64,000 nt of DNA. Origin: Actinomycetota bacterium (GTDB taxonomy: Bacteria > Actinomycetota > Acidimicrobiia > Spongiisociales > UBA5794). Positions 9,366 through 18,961 of this stretch are shown piece by piece. A program made the position numbers and the translations under genes. The notes under the pieces are model-generated. The model ran no database searches and was not told the origin of the DNA. It saw only the letters and a program-made list of their open reading frames with translations. The DNA is taken from NCBI GenBank assembly GCA_013151445.1, contig JAADIG010000005.1, forward strand, positions 30,838 to 94,837. Direction: 5' to 3'. Position 1 is the stretch's first letter, and every line of letters begins with the position of its first letter.

Positions 9366-9854
9366 CTAAAGGCGCTGGCGGTGTCGGAGTGGCCAGTACA
9401 CGGCCGTGACTTTCCACAGAGTGTTTGAGCCGTCAACCGGGCCAAATGTGCGCGAGTCGGCGAGGGTGAGCGAACGAGCGTCGCTCAGTACAAAAATATC
9501 ATCCGGCCCGAGATGCCATTCACCGTCGGGGTGGGTCGGTCCGTCGGCCCATGGTTCGGCGAGCACACTGCCATCGATGTGGACCTGGCCTGCGCTGATG
9601 TCGATCGTTTCGCCTGGCAGACCTATCACCCGCTTCACGACGTCCATTTCTGGGTGCTCGGGGTGTTGCACGATTACGACATCACCCCGATTGGGTCGGC
9701 GAGTGAGACGGGTCGCCATCACAAAATCGTCGGGAGCCAACGTTGGCATCATCGACCCTTCCTTGATCAGGTAGCGACGCACGCGTCCCTTCAGCAGGCC
9801 GATCGCTAGAGCGGTAACTGCGAGCAGTCCGGCGACGTTTCTCCGTGTTCTCAT
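9366..9854 (-). CDS. sodX: Signal-peptidase-I-like (S26) protease, putative Ni-SOD maturation protease SodX
   Basis: S26 motifs 'SMMPTL' and 'KRVIGLPGETI'. Divergently adjacent to sodN, as in Streptomyces where SodX removes the SodN leader. ATG at 9854. Confidence 0.7.
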   Translation of the reverse strand: MRTRRNVAGLLAVTALAIGLLKGRVRRYLIKEGSMMPTLAPDDFVMATRLTRRPNRGDVVIVQHPEHPEMDVVKRVIGLPGETIDISAGQVHIDGSVLAEPWADGPTHPDGEWHLGPDDIFVLSDARSLTLADSRTFGPVDGSNTLWKVTAVYWPLRHRQRL

Positions 9855-10021
9855 GGTGCTCCTGTTGCGGTCCCATGACCAGTCTACGTGGAACCATGCA
9901 CAGTTTCGGCGTCCAACGTCTCAGCATTGTGTCGTTCGCCCCACAACGAGATGCATGCGTCATGGGTCGGTGTGCGTGCGGTGTATTGTTGCCCTATCCA
10001 ACCGACCCCTGGAGGTACCTT

Positions 10022-10438
10022 ATGGGATTTTTCCGGCCCACCCGGACAGCACACGCACACTGCGACCTCTTCTGCGGCGTGTACGACCCAGCCCAGGCAA
10101 TGATCGAAGCAAAGTCAGTACTCAAAACCGCTGAAAAGTACCAGGCCTCAGACGACGACGTGTTTCGGGCTCGTTGCATCTCCATCAAGGAGGAACGCGC
10201 CGAACTGGTCAAACATCATCTCAGCGTGTTGTGGACGGACTTCTTCAAACCACACCACGTGGAGCAGTTCCCCGGTCTTCACGATCTGTTCTGGCGTGCA
10301 CTGAAGAAGGCATCGGACGCCAAGAAGTCCATGGACCCGGCAGTGGGACAGGAACTTATTGGTCTGATCGAGGAGATCGCCGTCGTGTTCTGGCAAACCG
10401 AAGAGTCCAAGGCCACGGGAGTGTATCCACCGGCGTAA
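10022..10438 (+). CDS. sodN: Nickel-containing superoxide dismutase precursor
   Basis: A 12-aa leader 'MGFFRPTRTAHA' precedes the Ni-hook 'HCDLFCGVYDPAQA'. The rest aligns to Streptomyces SodN from memory ('KHHLSVLWTDFFKP'). AGGAGG RBS upstream. Confidence 0.9.
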   Translation: MGFFRPTRTAHAHCDLFCGVYDPAQAMIEAKSVLKTAEKYQASDDDVFRARCISIKEERAELVKHHLSVLWTDFFKPHHVEQFPGLHDLFWRALKKASDAKKSMDPAVGQELIGLIEEIAVVFWQTEESKATGVYPPA

Positions 10439-10461
10439 AGCGCTATTCGACGATCGAGCGT

Positions 10462-10486
10462 GTGGGGTCGCCGCTGGCGGCCCCAC
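10462..10486. terminator. Hairpin between convergent sodN and murJ
   Basis: GTGGGG-tcgccgctggcgg-CCCCAC abuts the murJ stop (10487-10489). Confidence 0.3.
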
Positions 10487-12061
10487 CTACGCGTTCGAAC
10501 CCGCCCGTTGTGGTGTGCGGCTGAGCACACCCATGCCAAGCAGAGTCCCGAGTCCCGCCGCAACGTAGATTCCCCCTCCGAGAACGAGTGCAATCGCGGA
10601 ACCGGTCCAGCCGCCGACGGCAGACATCACAACCCGCGCAACCAGGAATGCAGCAATGGCGCCCACCACCGTCGGTGGGATCGCACGTCCGGCCCGGTCG
10701 ATGACACGGCCGACGCGGCCAGCGTTCCCATCGTCGCTGTACCAGAGGTACACCAATGCAGTGGTGTAGATTCCGATCGATATGACGGAGGCAACTGCCA
10801 CGCCGGCCAGACCGTACTCGGCCCGGAACATCACATAGATGGGTATCGCGACGATTGTCGAAACCGTCCCGACCGCCACCGGCACCCACATCTGCCGGCG
10901 GGCGTAGAACGACCGGGTGATGATCTGGAGGATGCCCCACATCGGAATCGAAAAGGCGTAGAAGAAGAGGGCGGTCCCGGAGGCGATGCTGTCTGCGTTG
11001 GTGAAGCTACCCCGCTGAAACTGTGTGCGCATGATGGGCTCCGCCAGTCCTGCGAGGAGGCCGGCGGCCAGGATCGAGAGCACAACCACCCACGAAACTG
11101 CCTTGTCAACCGTTGCGGCGAGCGCCCTTTGTTTGCCTTCGGCGAACAGGCGGGCAAGTGTCGGGTACGCCGCCACGCTGGCGGCCTGGGCGATCGCTCC
11201 GACCGGTACCAGCATCGTTCTCCTGGCGTACTGGAGACGGGTCTGGGCACCATCCCCGACGAGGTCGCCAAAGGCGCTCATGAAGGTTTCGTCGAGGACG
11301 ACGATCGATTGCCCGAGCATGAGCGGGAGCGCAATGATGGCATACTCTCGCAGCACCGGATGAGCCCAGGGGAGGGCAGGGTTGAGCCGCATACCGACAC
11401 GGCGGGCTCCCCACCACTGCACAGCAAAGTTGCCGATTGCGGCACCGATCAACGCTCCCCAAATGAACCCTTCCGGGTCCGGTGTTCCCGTCACGACCGC
11501 ATACAAAACGCCGCCGCTGATAATGCTCACGTTGTAGATGATGGGTGCCAGGGTGGGAATCCAAAAGACCCCTTTTGCATACTGCACGGCCGAGAAGAGG
11601 GCGCCGCTCACGAAAAAGATCTGCGCCGGCAGCACGATCCGAGTCAGTCGAATCGTGTTGATGACCTGCTCGGAAGTGAAGTCGGGATAGAGCTCGTTGA
11701 TGATTCGCGGAGCCAAGACCCAACCGACAACGGTCAGTGCCGAGATCCCTATAACAAGTGGGCGGATGATGGCGGTGAGAGCATCCCATCCGCCCTCCTC
11801 ATCGTCGTTGGCGAGATATCGGGAGAAGATGGGGATGAAGGTGATCGAGAGAAATCCACCTGCGAGCAGGTAATTCATGAAGTCCGGAATTCGGAACGCG
11901 GCGACATACTGGTCGGTGACTTGAGTGGCACCAAGCAGTTGGGCGAAGATCACCTCCCGCAGTTGACCCAACACGCGCGAGATAATGACACCACCCGACA
12001 CGACAAGTGCGGCGGTGCCGAGATGGTTGGTGGACCTGAACAGCTTCTTCACAGAGAGCAA
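10487..12061 (-). CDS. murJ: Lipid II flippase MurJ (MviN)
   Basis: N-terminal 'SRVLGQLREVIFAQLLGATQVTDQYVAAFRIPDFMNYLLAGGFLSITFIPIF' is the MurJ/MOP-superfamily signature. Polytopic membrane protein of ~520 aa. Confidence 0.85.
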   Translation of the reverse strand: MLSVKKLFRSTNHLGTAALVVSGGVIISRVLGQLREVIFAQLLGATQVTDQYVAAFRIPDFMNYLLAGGFLSITFIPIFSRYLANDDEEGGWDALTAIIRPLVIGISALTVVGWVLAPRIINELYPDFTSEQVINTIRLTRIVLPAQIFFVSGALFSAVQYAKGVFWIPTLAPIIYNVSIISGGVLYAVVTGTPDPEGFIWGALIGAAIGNFAVQWWGARRVGMRLNPALPWAHPVLREYAIIALPLMLGQSIVVLDETFMSAFGDLVGDGAQTRLQYARRTMLVPVGAIAQAASVAAYPTLARLFAEGKQRALAATVDKAVSWVVVLSILAAGLLAGLAEPIMRTQFQRGSFTNADSIASGTALFFYAFSIPMWGILQIITRSFYARRQMWVPVAVGTVSTIVAIPIYVMFRAEYGLAGVAVASVISIGIYTTALVYLWYSDDGNAGRVGRVIDRAGRAIPPTVVGAIAAFLVARVVMSAVGGWTGSAIALVLGGGIYVAAGLGTLLGMGVLSRTPQRAGSNA

Positions 12062-12089
12062 GCTAGCGCCATACTTCCCAGATGAGCGG

Positions 12090-12839
12090 TTAGACGTTGT
12101 CGCGGCGGCTCAGCAACAAACCGAGGATGATCGTGAGTACGGCACCCGTACCGACGACTTGGATCACCGCTCCCGGCAGGTTGAGCTCCAGTGTCCCGAT
12201 CGTGTCGAGCACCGCGGACCTGCGGAAGTTGGATGGCAGCAGAGCTCCGCCACCCGCAAGACCGACCCGCCACGGTGACGACGATGCCATAGCGGGTACC
12301 GCCGAGATGATGACGTTCTCCATCAGGATCAGATACGAAAGCGCAAGGATGGTCGCACGACGCGTGAGGTACCCCAACGGGGTGACAAGTGACGTGTAGA
12401 GGGTTGCCGAGAGCACCCCACTCACGATCAGGCCAACGGTGGGTCCACCAACTCCGCCGCGCACCGCATAGGTGATCCCCAGGAGAATTGCACCAAAAGC
12501 CGCAAACGAAGAAGCTGCTGCGGCGGTAGCAGTGATTTTCGCTCCCGCAATCGTAAAACGCGAGATTGGCCGCAGTGTGAGAAACGACAGTGTCTTGTCT
12601 GTTCGCTCGTCACCCAACACCCCGCTTGCCAGGACAATGGCGATGATCGGAACCACCAATTTCAGCAGGGTTTCGACAGCGATGCCGAGGAAAAGCTCCT
12701 CGGGAGAGTCCGCCGATGACGCAGGTATGAGGGCAACGAGGACGGCGGGCAGGAGCGTGATGAGGCCAAACCCGATGATCCTCTTGCGTGTGAACAACTG
12801 GCGAAGGCTGGTGACGAAGATTGCGCGGAATGCAATCAT
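12090..12839 (-). CDS. ABC-2 family transporter permease
   Basis: 6-TM hydrophobic profile, no ATPase motifs, 4-nt overlap with the upstream ATPase gene. Confidence 0.6.
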   Translation of the reverse strand: MIAFRAIFVTSLRQLFTRKRIIGFGLITLLPAVLVALIPASSADSPEELFLGIAVETLLKLVVPIIAIVLASGVLGDERTDKTLSFLTLRPISRFTIAGAKITATAAAASSFAAFGAILLGITYAVRGGVGGPTVGLIVSGVLSATLYTSLVTPLGYLTRRATILALSYLILMENVIISAVPAMASSSPWRVGLAGGGALLPSNFRRSAVLDTIGTLELNLPGAVIQVVGTGAVLTIILGLLLSRRDNV

Positions 12840-13786
12840 CGGCTTGCTTTCACGAGATAGCGGAACACACTCTCAAGGGACTCGTCGACCGGTTCGAACC
12901 TCGTTACCCGAGCGTCGAGGTCCGCGGCGATGCGGGGCAGCGCGTTCCCTACCGAACTGAGGTCCGTCGTTTCGATCCGAAGTCCTCGTTCCAATACGTC
13001 GATCCCGGACACAGTGTCAAGCGACAGCAGCGCGGCGGCGACCTGGCGCGGCGTGTCGGTATCTATACGCACCTGGTAGGGAATGTCCGACATGGCCGCA
13101 CGGATGGCGTGGATATCCCCGGCGGCGGCGAGCTTGCCGTCAACCATTGCGATGACCCTGGTGGCAAGCCGTTCGACTTCCTGGAGGACATGGGAGGAAA
13201 TAATGATCGTGTGACCGGATGCTGCGAGCTCCTTGAAGAGGTCGATGAGCGAGGCTCTACGCACCGGGTCGGTTCCGTTGAGTGGTTCGTCAAGGACCAG
13301 GACCCTTGGGTTGTGAACGAGCGCGGCAGCGACCTTCGCACGTTGGCGCATACCCTTGGAATAGTCTGAGATGAGTCGGTCGGCGGGCTCTAGCATCTCG
13401 ACACGCCGCAGCGCTTCGGTGACGGCGCTCTCACCGAGTTCACCGTCGGTGAGATTGGCTGCGTAGCGCACGAACTGACGTGCAGTCAGGAACGGATACA
13501 CCGCGTCGTCCTCGGGGACAAAGGCAACGTCCTTGAACACCGTTGGTGCTCTGCGAGGGTCTTCGCCAAACATGGAAACCGAGCCCTGGGATGGTGAGGT
13601 GAGACCCATCATCATGCGTAGGAGGGTCGTCTTGCCGGCGCCGTTTGGTCCGAGCAGGCCGGTGATACCGGGCCCGAACGAGCATGTGACATCCGAGACC
13701 GCGACCTTGTTACCGAACCACTTCGATACCCCCCGCACTTCAATCGTCGCATCAGATACGAGGGCCGCGTTCGTACCGACAGTCAT
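12836..13786 (-). CDS. ABC transporter ATP-binding protein (ABC-2 type, with C-terminal DUF4162-like extension)
   Basis: Walker A 'GPNGAGKTTLLRMM', signature 'YSKGMRQR', Walker B 'VLVLDEP'. Confidence 0.85.
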   Translation of the reverse strand: MTVGTNAALVSDATIEVRGVSKWFGNKVAVSDVTCSFGPGITGLLGPNGAGKTTLLRMMMGLTSPSQGSVSMFGEDPRRAPTVFKDVAFVPEDDAVYPFLTARQFVRYAANLTDGELGESAVTEALRRVEMLEPADRLISDYSKGMRQRAKVAAALVHNPRVLVLDEPLNGTDPVRRASLIDLFKELAASGHTIIISSHVLQEVERLATRVIAMVDGKLAAAGDIHAIRAAMSDIPYQVRIDTDTPRQVAAALLSLDTVSGIDVLERGLRIETTDLSSVGNALPRIAADLDARVTRFEPVDESLESVFRYLVKASR

Positions 13787-14664
13787 AGTTCCCTCCGGTA
13801 TCTACGCAGGACAACATAGGCCACAATCACCGTGGTGACGAGGAGGGACGCGGCTGCGCTCCACAGCGGGAGTCCTGCCTGGAAGAACGTTCTGTTGCTG
13901 AGATCAAACACCCAGTCACGCACGGTGCCGCCAAGTGCTCCGATACCCAGGAGTGGTGCAAGTGATGCCCCGGGAACATCGGAGTGTGTGAGTGCCTCGG
14001 CGACTCCGTCGAGCAACGCAAGCCCGATGATGATCATGCCCGCCGCCATCCCGGTCCGTTTGGCGTAGGCAGCGACGAGGAAGGCCGGCACACCAAAGGC
14101 AACCACGTACCCGACCGAGGCCGCCAGGATTCGCAGGACCTCACCCGAATCCGAGACCATGGCCGAGAACAGTCCCGACGGGTCGAGTGCCGCAAGACCG
14201 ACGAACAGCACTAACTGGGGAAGCACCAGGAACGCGAACATCAACAGGGCCAGGGAACCGCCCCGGGCAATGAGGTAATCCGCGGCGGAAACCGGCCGCG
14301 ATGAATACACCGCAAGAACGTTGTCGCGCCGATCGGGGATCATGACGGCCGGCGCCGCGAGGGCTATGAACAACAGGCTGAGCGTGGAAATCAGGTCGAA
14401 GTACGTCGCGTGGGATCCCAGGAGATCCGTCGAGTCGAGGTTGAGTTCGGACTTGAAGACGAAGGCGATACCGACGAGCACAACGGCCGGTGTCATGGCT
14501 GCGAGGATGAGGCCCATCGGCATGATCTTGCTGCGGGCCTTGCGTCCGATACCGAGAGCTCGTTTGATACCGTCTTTGGTGATAGCCCGCATCGCACCGC
14601 TGCGGCCGAGCCGCTCACCCTCGTGTGGTGTATATCCGAGGTCGTAGATTTGGCCGGTCGTCAT
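13783..14664 (-). CDS. ABC-2 family transporter permease (second pair)
   Basis: Multi-TM profile. Translationally coupled between two ABC ATPase genes. Confidence 0.55.
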   Translation of the reverse strand: MTTGQIYDLGYTPHEGERLGRSGAMRAITKDGIKRALGIGRKARSKIMPMGLILAAMTPAVVLVGIAFVFKSELNLDSTDLLGSHATYFDLISTLSLLFIALAAPAVMIPDRRDNVLAVYSSRPVSAADYLIARGGSLALLMFAFLVLPQLVLFVGLAALDPSGLFSAMVSDSGEVLRILAASVGYVVAFGVPAFLVAAYAKRTGMAAGMIIIGLALLDGVAEALTHSDVPGASLAPLLGIGALGGTVRDWVFDLSNRTFFQAGLPLWSAAASLLVTTVIVAYVVLRRYRREL

Positions 14665-15570
14665 GCGTCGCCGCTTTCGAGGAAGAGATCTTCGAGCGAT
14701 GTCTGTTTTGCAGTAAGACGGCGCATGCCAGTGTGGGTGTCGGCGAGCGCATCACGGATGAGGACGTCGGTGTCCGTGTCGGCAGGCGACGTGACGAGCA
14801 AACTTGTCGGTTGGGTCTCAACCTCGGCACCTCGGGACCGGAGTGCCTGGGCAACGGCCTGGGAATCGCCCAGTACCTCAAGCTCGAGTGTGTTTGACGA
14901 AACAATCCGGTCAATCGGTCCGTTGCGGAGCAGCTTGCCGCCGTCGAGCATGACCACCCAGTCGCAGGTTCGTTCGATGTCGCTGAGCACATGACTTGAG
15001 ACGAGTACATGGATTCCGAACGTCCCGAGTCGGGTGATGAGGTGCAGCATTTCGTCGCGGCCCTCAGGGTCGAGGCCCGCCGTTGGTTCGTCAAGAAACA
15101 CAAGGTCGGGATCATGGACGATTGCTTGGGCCAGCATGGCTCGTTGTTTCATGCCGGTCGAAAAGTCACCGAGTGCCCGAAAGCGCTCTTCGTGGAGTCC
15201 GACGAGTGTGAGTACGTCCGAGGCACGTTGCTTCGCAGCCTTGGTGGGGATTCCGGCAAGTTCCGCCGCGTACACCATGAAATCGGCCGCGGTTTGGTCA
15301 AGCGGCAATGTGCTGCCCTCCGCCATATACCCGACCCGGGCTCTCATCTCGATCAACTCACGAGGAATGTCGTGCCCGAGGACGCGAACTGTGCCGGTTG
15401 TCGGCCGCAGAATCCCGAGGAGTATCCTGATGAGGGTGCTCTTGCCTGCACCGTTCGCACCAACCAAACCTATTGAACCGGGGGGAACGTTGACGTCAAG
15501 GTTGTCGAGAGCGACCACGTTGCCGTAACGATGTCCGAGGCCGCTAAGTTCGATGAGGGGATGTTCCATA
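14661..15570 (-). CDS. ABC transporter ATP-binding protein (second pair)
   Basis: Walker A 'GANGAGKSTLIRIL', 'FSTGMKQR', 'LVFLDEPTAGLD'. Start placed at ATG 15570 ('MEHPLIELSGL'). The 69-aa S/P/R-rich extension reaching 15776 was judged non-coding. Confidence 0.85.
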
Positions 15571-15763
15571 GATGGATACGTTACCTGGTTATGGCTGACC
15601 GGAGGGCTGGTGGCGCCGCGGTTTCGTGTACTGAGCCACGATGCGGGATGCGAGATGATGTGTCCATCAGGTAATACCCTGAGGTGACTCCGGGGTGAAG
15701 TAGCAGAGGATGGGTTGGCGGGGCGGTGGTGATCGTTGTTGCTGGCAGCAGTAGCCTGGTCGG

Positions 15764-16468
15764 GTGGATATCGCACTCACCGTCCCAGCAGCGCTAATTT
15801 CGATAGGGTTCGCCGTGCGGATGGTGCGAGACTATGTGCGCCGGCCGCGCCCCCATGCGGCGGTATGGGCAGGTGCCTTCGCAACGTACGCACTCGCCAC
15901 CGCGGCGCTGGCGTGGGCCACGATGTTTGGCTGGACGCCTGCGATCTTTCGGGTGTTTTACCTGTTCGGTGCAATCGTCAACGTCCCCCTGTTGGCAATA
16001 GGGTCGGTGTATCTTGTTTTTGGTGATGCAAAGGGGCGGGCAGCTGCGACCGTGGCAGCCATCGTCATAATCCTGGGCGCTTTCGCAGTGCTGCTGGCCC
16101 CCGTCGACGTCACCGAATTGGGCACCGCGACCCCTGCCGGATCGGACGTCTATGCAAAGACCTTTAACGCCGGCAACGCCAACCTTCCCGGTCCGCGTCT
16201 GTTCGCAGGTGTCGCCGGCGGTGTTGCCGCGATCGTGGTGGTAGGCCTTGCGGTGGCCTCCGCCGCAAAGTGGTGGCGGCGGAATCCCCGCCTCGCCAAG
16301 GGGAACGTACTGATAGCCGTCGGAACCCTGATCCCGGCCTTCGGCGGGTCTATGACAGCGTTCGGCGATGCCGGTGGGCTCGCCGCCTCGCTCCTTGCAG
16401 GCATCGCAACACTGTGGTGGGGATACACACTGGCCTCGACCGCACGACACCCTGTCACGTCTTCCTGA
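15764..16468 (+). CDS. Hypothetical integral membrane protein
   Basis: About 6 predicted TM helices and Ala/Gly-rich. No recognisable catalytic motif. Confidence 0.45.
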   Translation: MDIALTVPAALISIGFAVRMVRDYVRRPRPHAAVWAGAFATYALATAALAWATMFGWTPAIFRVFYLFGAIVNVPLLAIGSVYLVFGDAKGRAAATVAAIVIILGAFAVLLAPVDVTELGTATPAGSDVYAKTFNAGNANLPGPRLFAGVAGGVAAIVVVGLAVASAAKWWRRNPRLAKGNVLIAVGTLIPAFGGSMTAFGDAGGLAASLLAGIATLWWGYTLASTARHPVTSS

Positions 16469-16490
16469 GCGCACTATGTCATCTCTGCGT

Positions 16491-16518
16491 TTGACGTTTA
16501 TTACTGTGTCCGTACCAT
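16491..16518 (+). promoter_or_regulatory. Putative sigma-A-type promoter upstream of deoC
   Basis: TTGACG (16491-16496), 16-nt spacer, TACCAT (16513-16518; fits the actinobacterial TANNNT). Sits in the only AT-richer stretch of the intergenic region. Confidence 0.3.
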
Positions 16519-16562
16519 TCACGTCACAGGCAACGAATATCTATGAATAGGTCCGAGTCATC

Positions 16563-17489
16563 GTGTTGACCCAGCCCGCCACAACTCAATCGCTGCGTAC
16601 CTTGGTCCGGTCGGTACCAACCGTCGACGAAGTTGCTGCCAAGGAACGCGTGGCGGCCCTTGGGAAACGGTCCATCAAGAAGGAATCGAAGCTGTCCGCG
16701 CTGCGTATGGTAATTTCGATGATGGACCTCACCACGCTTGAGGGGAAGGACACTCCGGGGAAAGTGCGCCAGCTTTGCTCCAAGGGCATGCGACCCGATC
16801 CCACCCGGCAGGACCTACCTACCGTTGCCGCGATCTGTGTGTATCCGGCCCACATTGCAACTGCCCGCGCTGCTCTCGGCGATAGCGGGGTGAAGGTCGC
16901 AAGTGTCGCTACGTACTTTCCGTCCGGACAGGTCAGCCTTGAGGTAAAGGTCGACGACGTTCGTGAGGCCGTGAAAGCAGGTGCGGACGAAATCGACATG
17001 GTGATCGACCGTGGCGCGTTCCTCGCTGGTGACTACCTCAAGGTGTTCGAGGAGATCCTCGCCGTGCGCGCGGCATGCGGTGACGCCCACCTCAAGGTCA
17101 TTCTCGAAACCGGCGAGTTGGGCACTCTTGACAACGTCCGCCGAGCCTCGGCCATTGCAATGGCGGGAGGGGCCCATTTCATTAAGACATCAACCGGAAA
17201 GGTGTCACCAGCCGCAACGCTGCCCGTGACCCTGGTCATGCTTGAGGCGATCAGAGAACATCACGCTGCGACTGGTGAAATGATTGGGATGAAACCGGCG
17301 GGCGGGATCCGCACAGCAAAGGACTCCATCAAGTACCTTGTGCTCCTCAGCGAAACGTTGGGTTCGGCGTGGATGTCGAACGAGTGGTTCCGCTTCGGAG
17401 CATCGAGCCTCCTCAATGATGTCCTGATGCAGATCCGGTGGCTTGAAACCGGCCGCTACCAGTCCCCCGACTACTTCACGAAGGACTGA
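16563..17489 (+). CDS. deoC: Deoxyribose-phosphate aldolase (long, ~310-aa form)
   Basis: 'ICVYPAHI', 'DMVIDRGAFLAGD', 'HLKVILETGEL' and 'FIKTSTGK' (Schiff-base lysine region). GTG start. Confidence 0.85.
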   Translation: MLTQPATTQSLRTLVRSVPTVDEVAAKERVAALGKRSIKKESKLSALRMVISMMDLTTLEGKDTPGKVRQLCSKGMRPDPTRQDLPTVAAICVYPAHIATARAALGDSGVKVASVATYFPSGQVSLEVKVDDVREAVKAGADEIDMVIDRGAFLAGDYLKVFEEILAVRAACGDAHLKVILETGELGTLDNVRRASAIAMAGGAHFIKTSTGKVSPAATLPVTLVMLEAIREHHAATGEMIGMKPAGGIRTAKDSIKYLVLLSETLGSAWMSNEWFRFGASSLLNDVLMQIRWLETGRYQSPDYFTKD

Positions 17490-17491
17490 AA

Positions 17492-18961
17492 ATGACCGAC
17501 CATACGATCGAAAAGGGAATCGAATGGGAGTACGCCCCGTCGGTTCAGGGTGCCGAGATGGTATCGATCGCTTCGACCTACGGGCTGTTCATCGACGGTG
17601 CGTTTGTTGACCCGACCGACGGGGAAATGTTCCCCACCATCAACCCGGCCACCGAGGAGCAGCTCTCTTCGGTAGCGGCCGCGGGAGTCGCCGATATCGA
17701 CCTTGCCGTGAAGGCAGCGCGCAGCGCATTCGAGAACGTATGGGGACCGATGAAACCCGCGGAGCGGGCCAAGTACCTGTATCGCATCGCCCGGCTCCTC
17801 CAGGAACGGGCCCGTGAGTTTGCCATTCTCGAGACCCTCGACGGTGGAAAGCCGATAAAGGAGTCGCGTGATATCGACATTCCCCTCGTCGCGGCATACT
17901 TCTTCTACTACGCGGGGTGGGCCGACAAGCTTGATTACGCCTTCCCCGGCATTGACCCGAAGCCGATCGGTGTAGCTGGGCAGATCATTCCATGGAACTT
18001 CCCGATGTTGATGCTTGCATGGAAAATCGCTCCGGCACTTGCCGCCGGAAACACCGTTGTGCTCAAACCCGCCGAAACGACACCTCTCACTGCTCTACTT
18101 TTTGCCCAGCTCTGTGCCGAGGCTGGTTTGCCCGACGGTGTTGTAAATATTGTGACGGGGGATGGCCGAACCGGGGCAGCCATTGTGGAACATCCGGATA
18201 TCGACAAGATCGCATTTACCGGATCGACCGGTGTCGGCAAGGCAATCAGGCGCGCAATCGCCGGAACCGGGAAGAAACTCACACTTGAGCTCGGTGGCAA
18301 GGGTGCCCACATTGTTTTCGATGACGCCCCACTCGACCAGGCCGTCGAAGGGGTTATCAATGGGATCTTCTTCAACCAGGGCCACGTTTGTTGCGCCGGC
18401 TCTCGACTTCTTGTTCAGGAGAGCATTCGTGACCAACTCCTTGACAAACTTCGGTCTCGGCTCGACACCCTCCGAGTTGGCAACCCACTCGACAAGAATA
18501 CTGACGTCGGGGCAATCAACTCGGCTGCCCAGCTACAACGGATCGAGGCCCTCGTTGCGAGCGGTCGCGACGCTGGCGTCGAAATGTTCCAGTCCTCATG
18601 TGACCTGCCGACGAAGGGGTTCTGGTATGCGCCGACTGTGTTCACCGATGTTTCCCAGAGTCACCGCATTGCCCAGGAGGAGATCTTTGGTCCGGTACTG
18701 GCAACCATGACCTTCCGCACGCCCGACGAGGCGATCGAGAAGGCCAACAACACTCCCTACGGCCTTTCCGCTGGAGTGTGGACCACCAAGGGTTCCCGGA
18801 TTCTCTGGATGGCCGACCGTTTGCGTGCCGGCGTTGTGTGGGCCAACACGTTCAACAAGTTCGATCCGACTTCACCGTTCGGTGGGTACAAGGAATCGGG
18901 CTTCGGCCGCGAGGGAGGCCGCCACGGGCTGCTTCCGTATCTTGAGGGGCCGTGGTCATGA
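17492..18961 (+). CDS. NAD(P)-dependent aldehyde dehydrogenase
   Basis: Catalytic motifs 'LELGGKGAHIVFDDA' (Glu) and 'FFNQGHVCCAGSRLLV' (Cys). Starts 2 nt after the deoC stop. Confidence 0.9.
   Translation: MTDHTIEKGIEWEYAPSVQGAEMVSIASTYGLFIDGAFVDPTDGEMFPTINPATEEQLSSVAAAGVADIDLAVKAARSAFENVWGPMKPAERAKYLYRIARLLQERAREFAILETLDGGKPIKESRDIDIPLVAAYFFYYAGWADKLDYAFPGIDPKPIGVAGQIIPWNFPMLMLAWKIAPALAAGNTVVLKPAETTPLTALLFAQLCAEAGLPDGVVNIVTGDGRTGAAIVEHPDIDKIAFTGSTGVGKAIRRAIAGTGKKLTLELGGKGAHIVFDDAPLDQAVEGVINGIFFNQGHVCCAGSRLLVQESIRDQLLDKLRSRLDTLRVGNPLDKNTDVGAINSAAQLQRIEALVASGRDAGVEMFQSSCDLPTKGFWYAPTVFTDVSQSHRIAQEEIFGPVLATMTFRTPDEAIEKANNTPYGLSAGVWTTKGSRILWMADRLRAGVVWANTFNKFDPTSPFGGYKESGFGREGGRHGLLPYLEGPWS

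Noticed and set aside
10486-10500. tRNA-like 'GTTCGAACCC' T-loop-like string
   Set aside because: Lies at the 3' end of the murJ CDS, with no acceptor stem or anticodon arm complementarity around it. No tRNA genes are evident anywhere in the window.
10460-12085. 541-aa + strand ORF antisense to murJ (a second minus-frame 227-aa ORF also lies inside)
   Set aside because: Completely embedded opposite a strongly supported murJ CDS. Translation is Arg/Gly/Pro/His-rich low-complexity with no motifs. This is the typical high-GC antisense artefact.
15571-15776. 69-aa N-terminal extension of the second ABC ATPase
   Set aside because: S/P/R/H-rich and non-protein-like. Walker-A-containing ABC domains normally begin ~25 aa before the P-loop. 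ATG 15570 ('MEHPLIELSGL') fits that.
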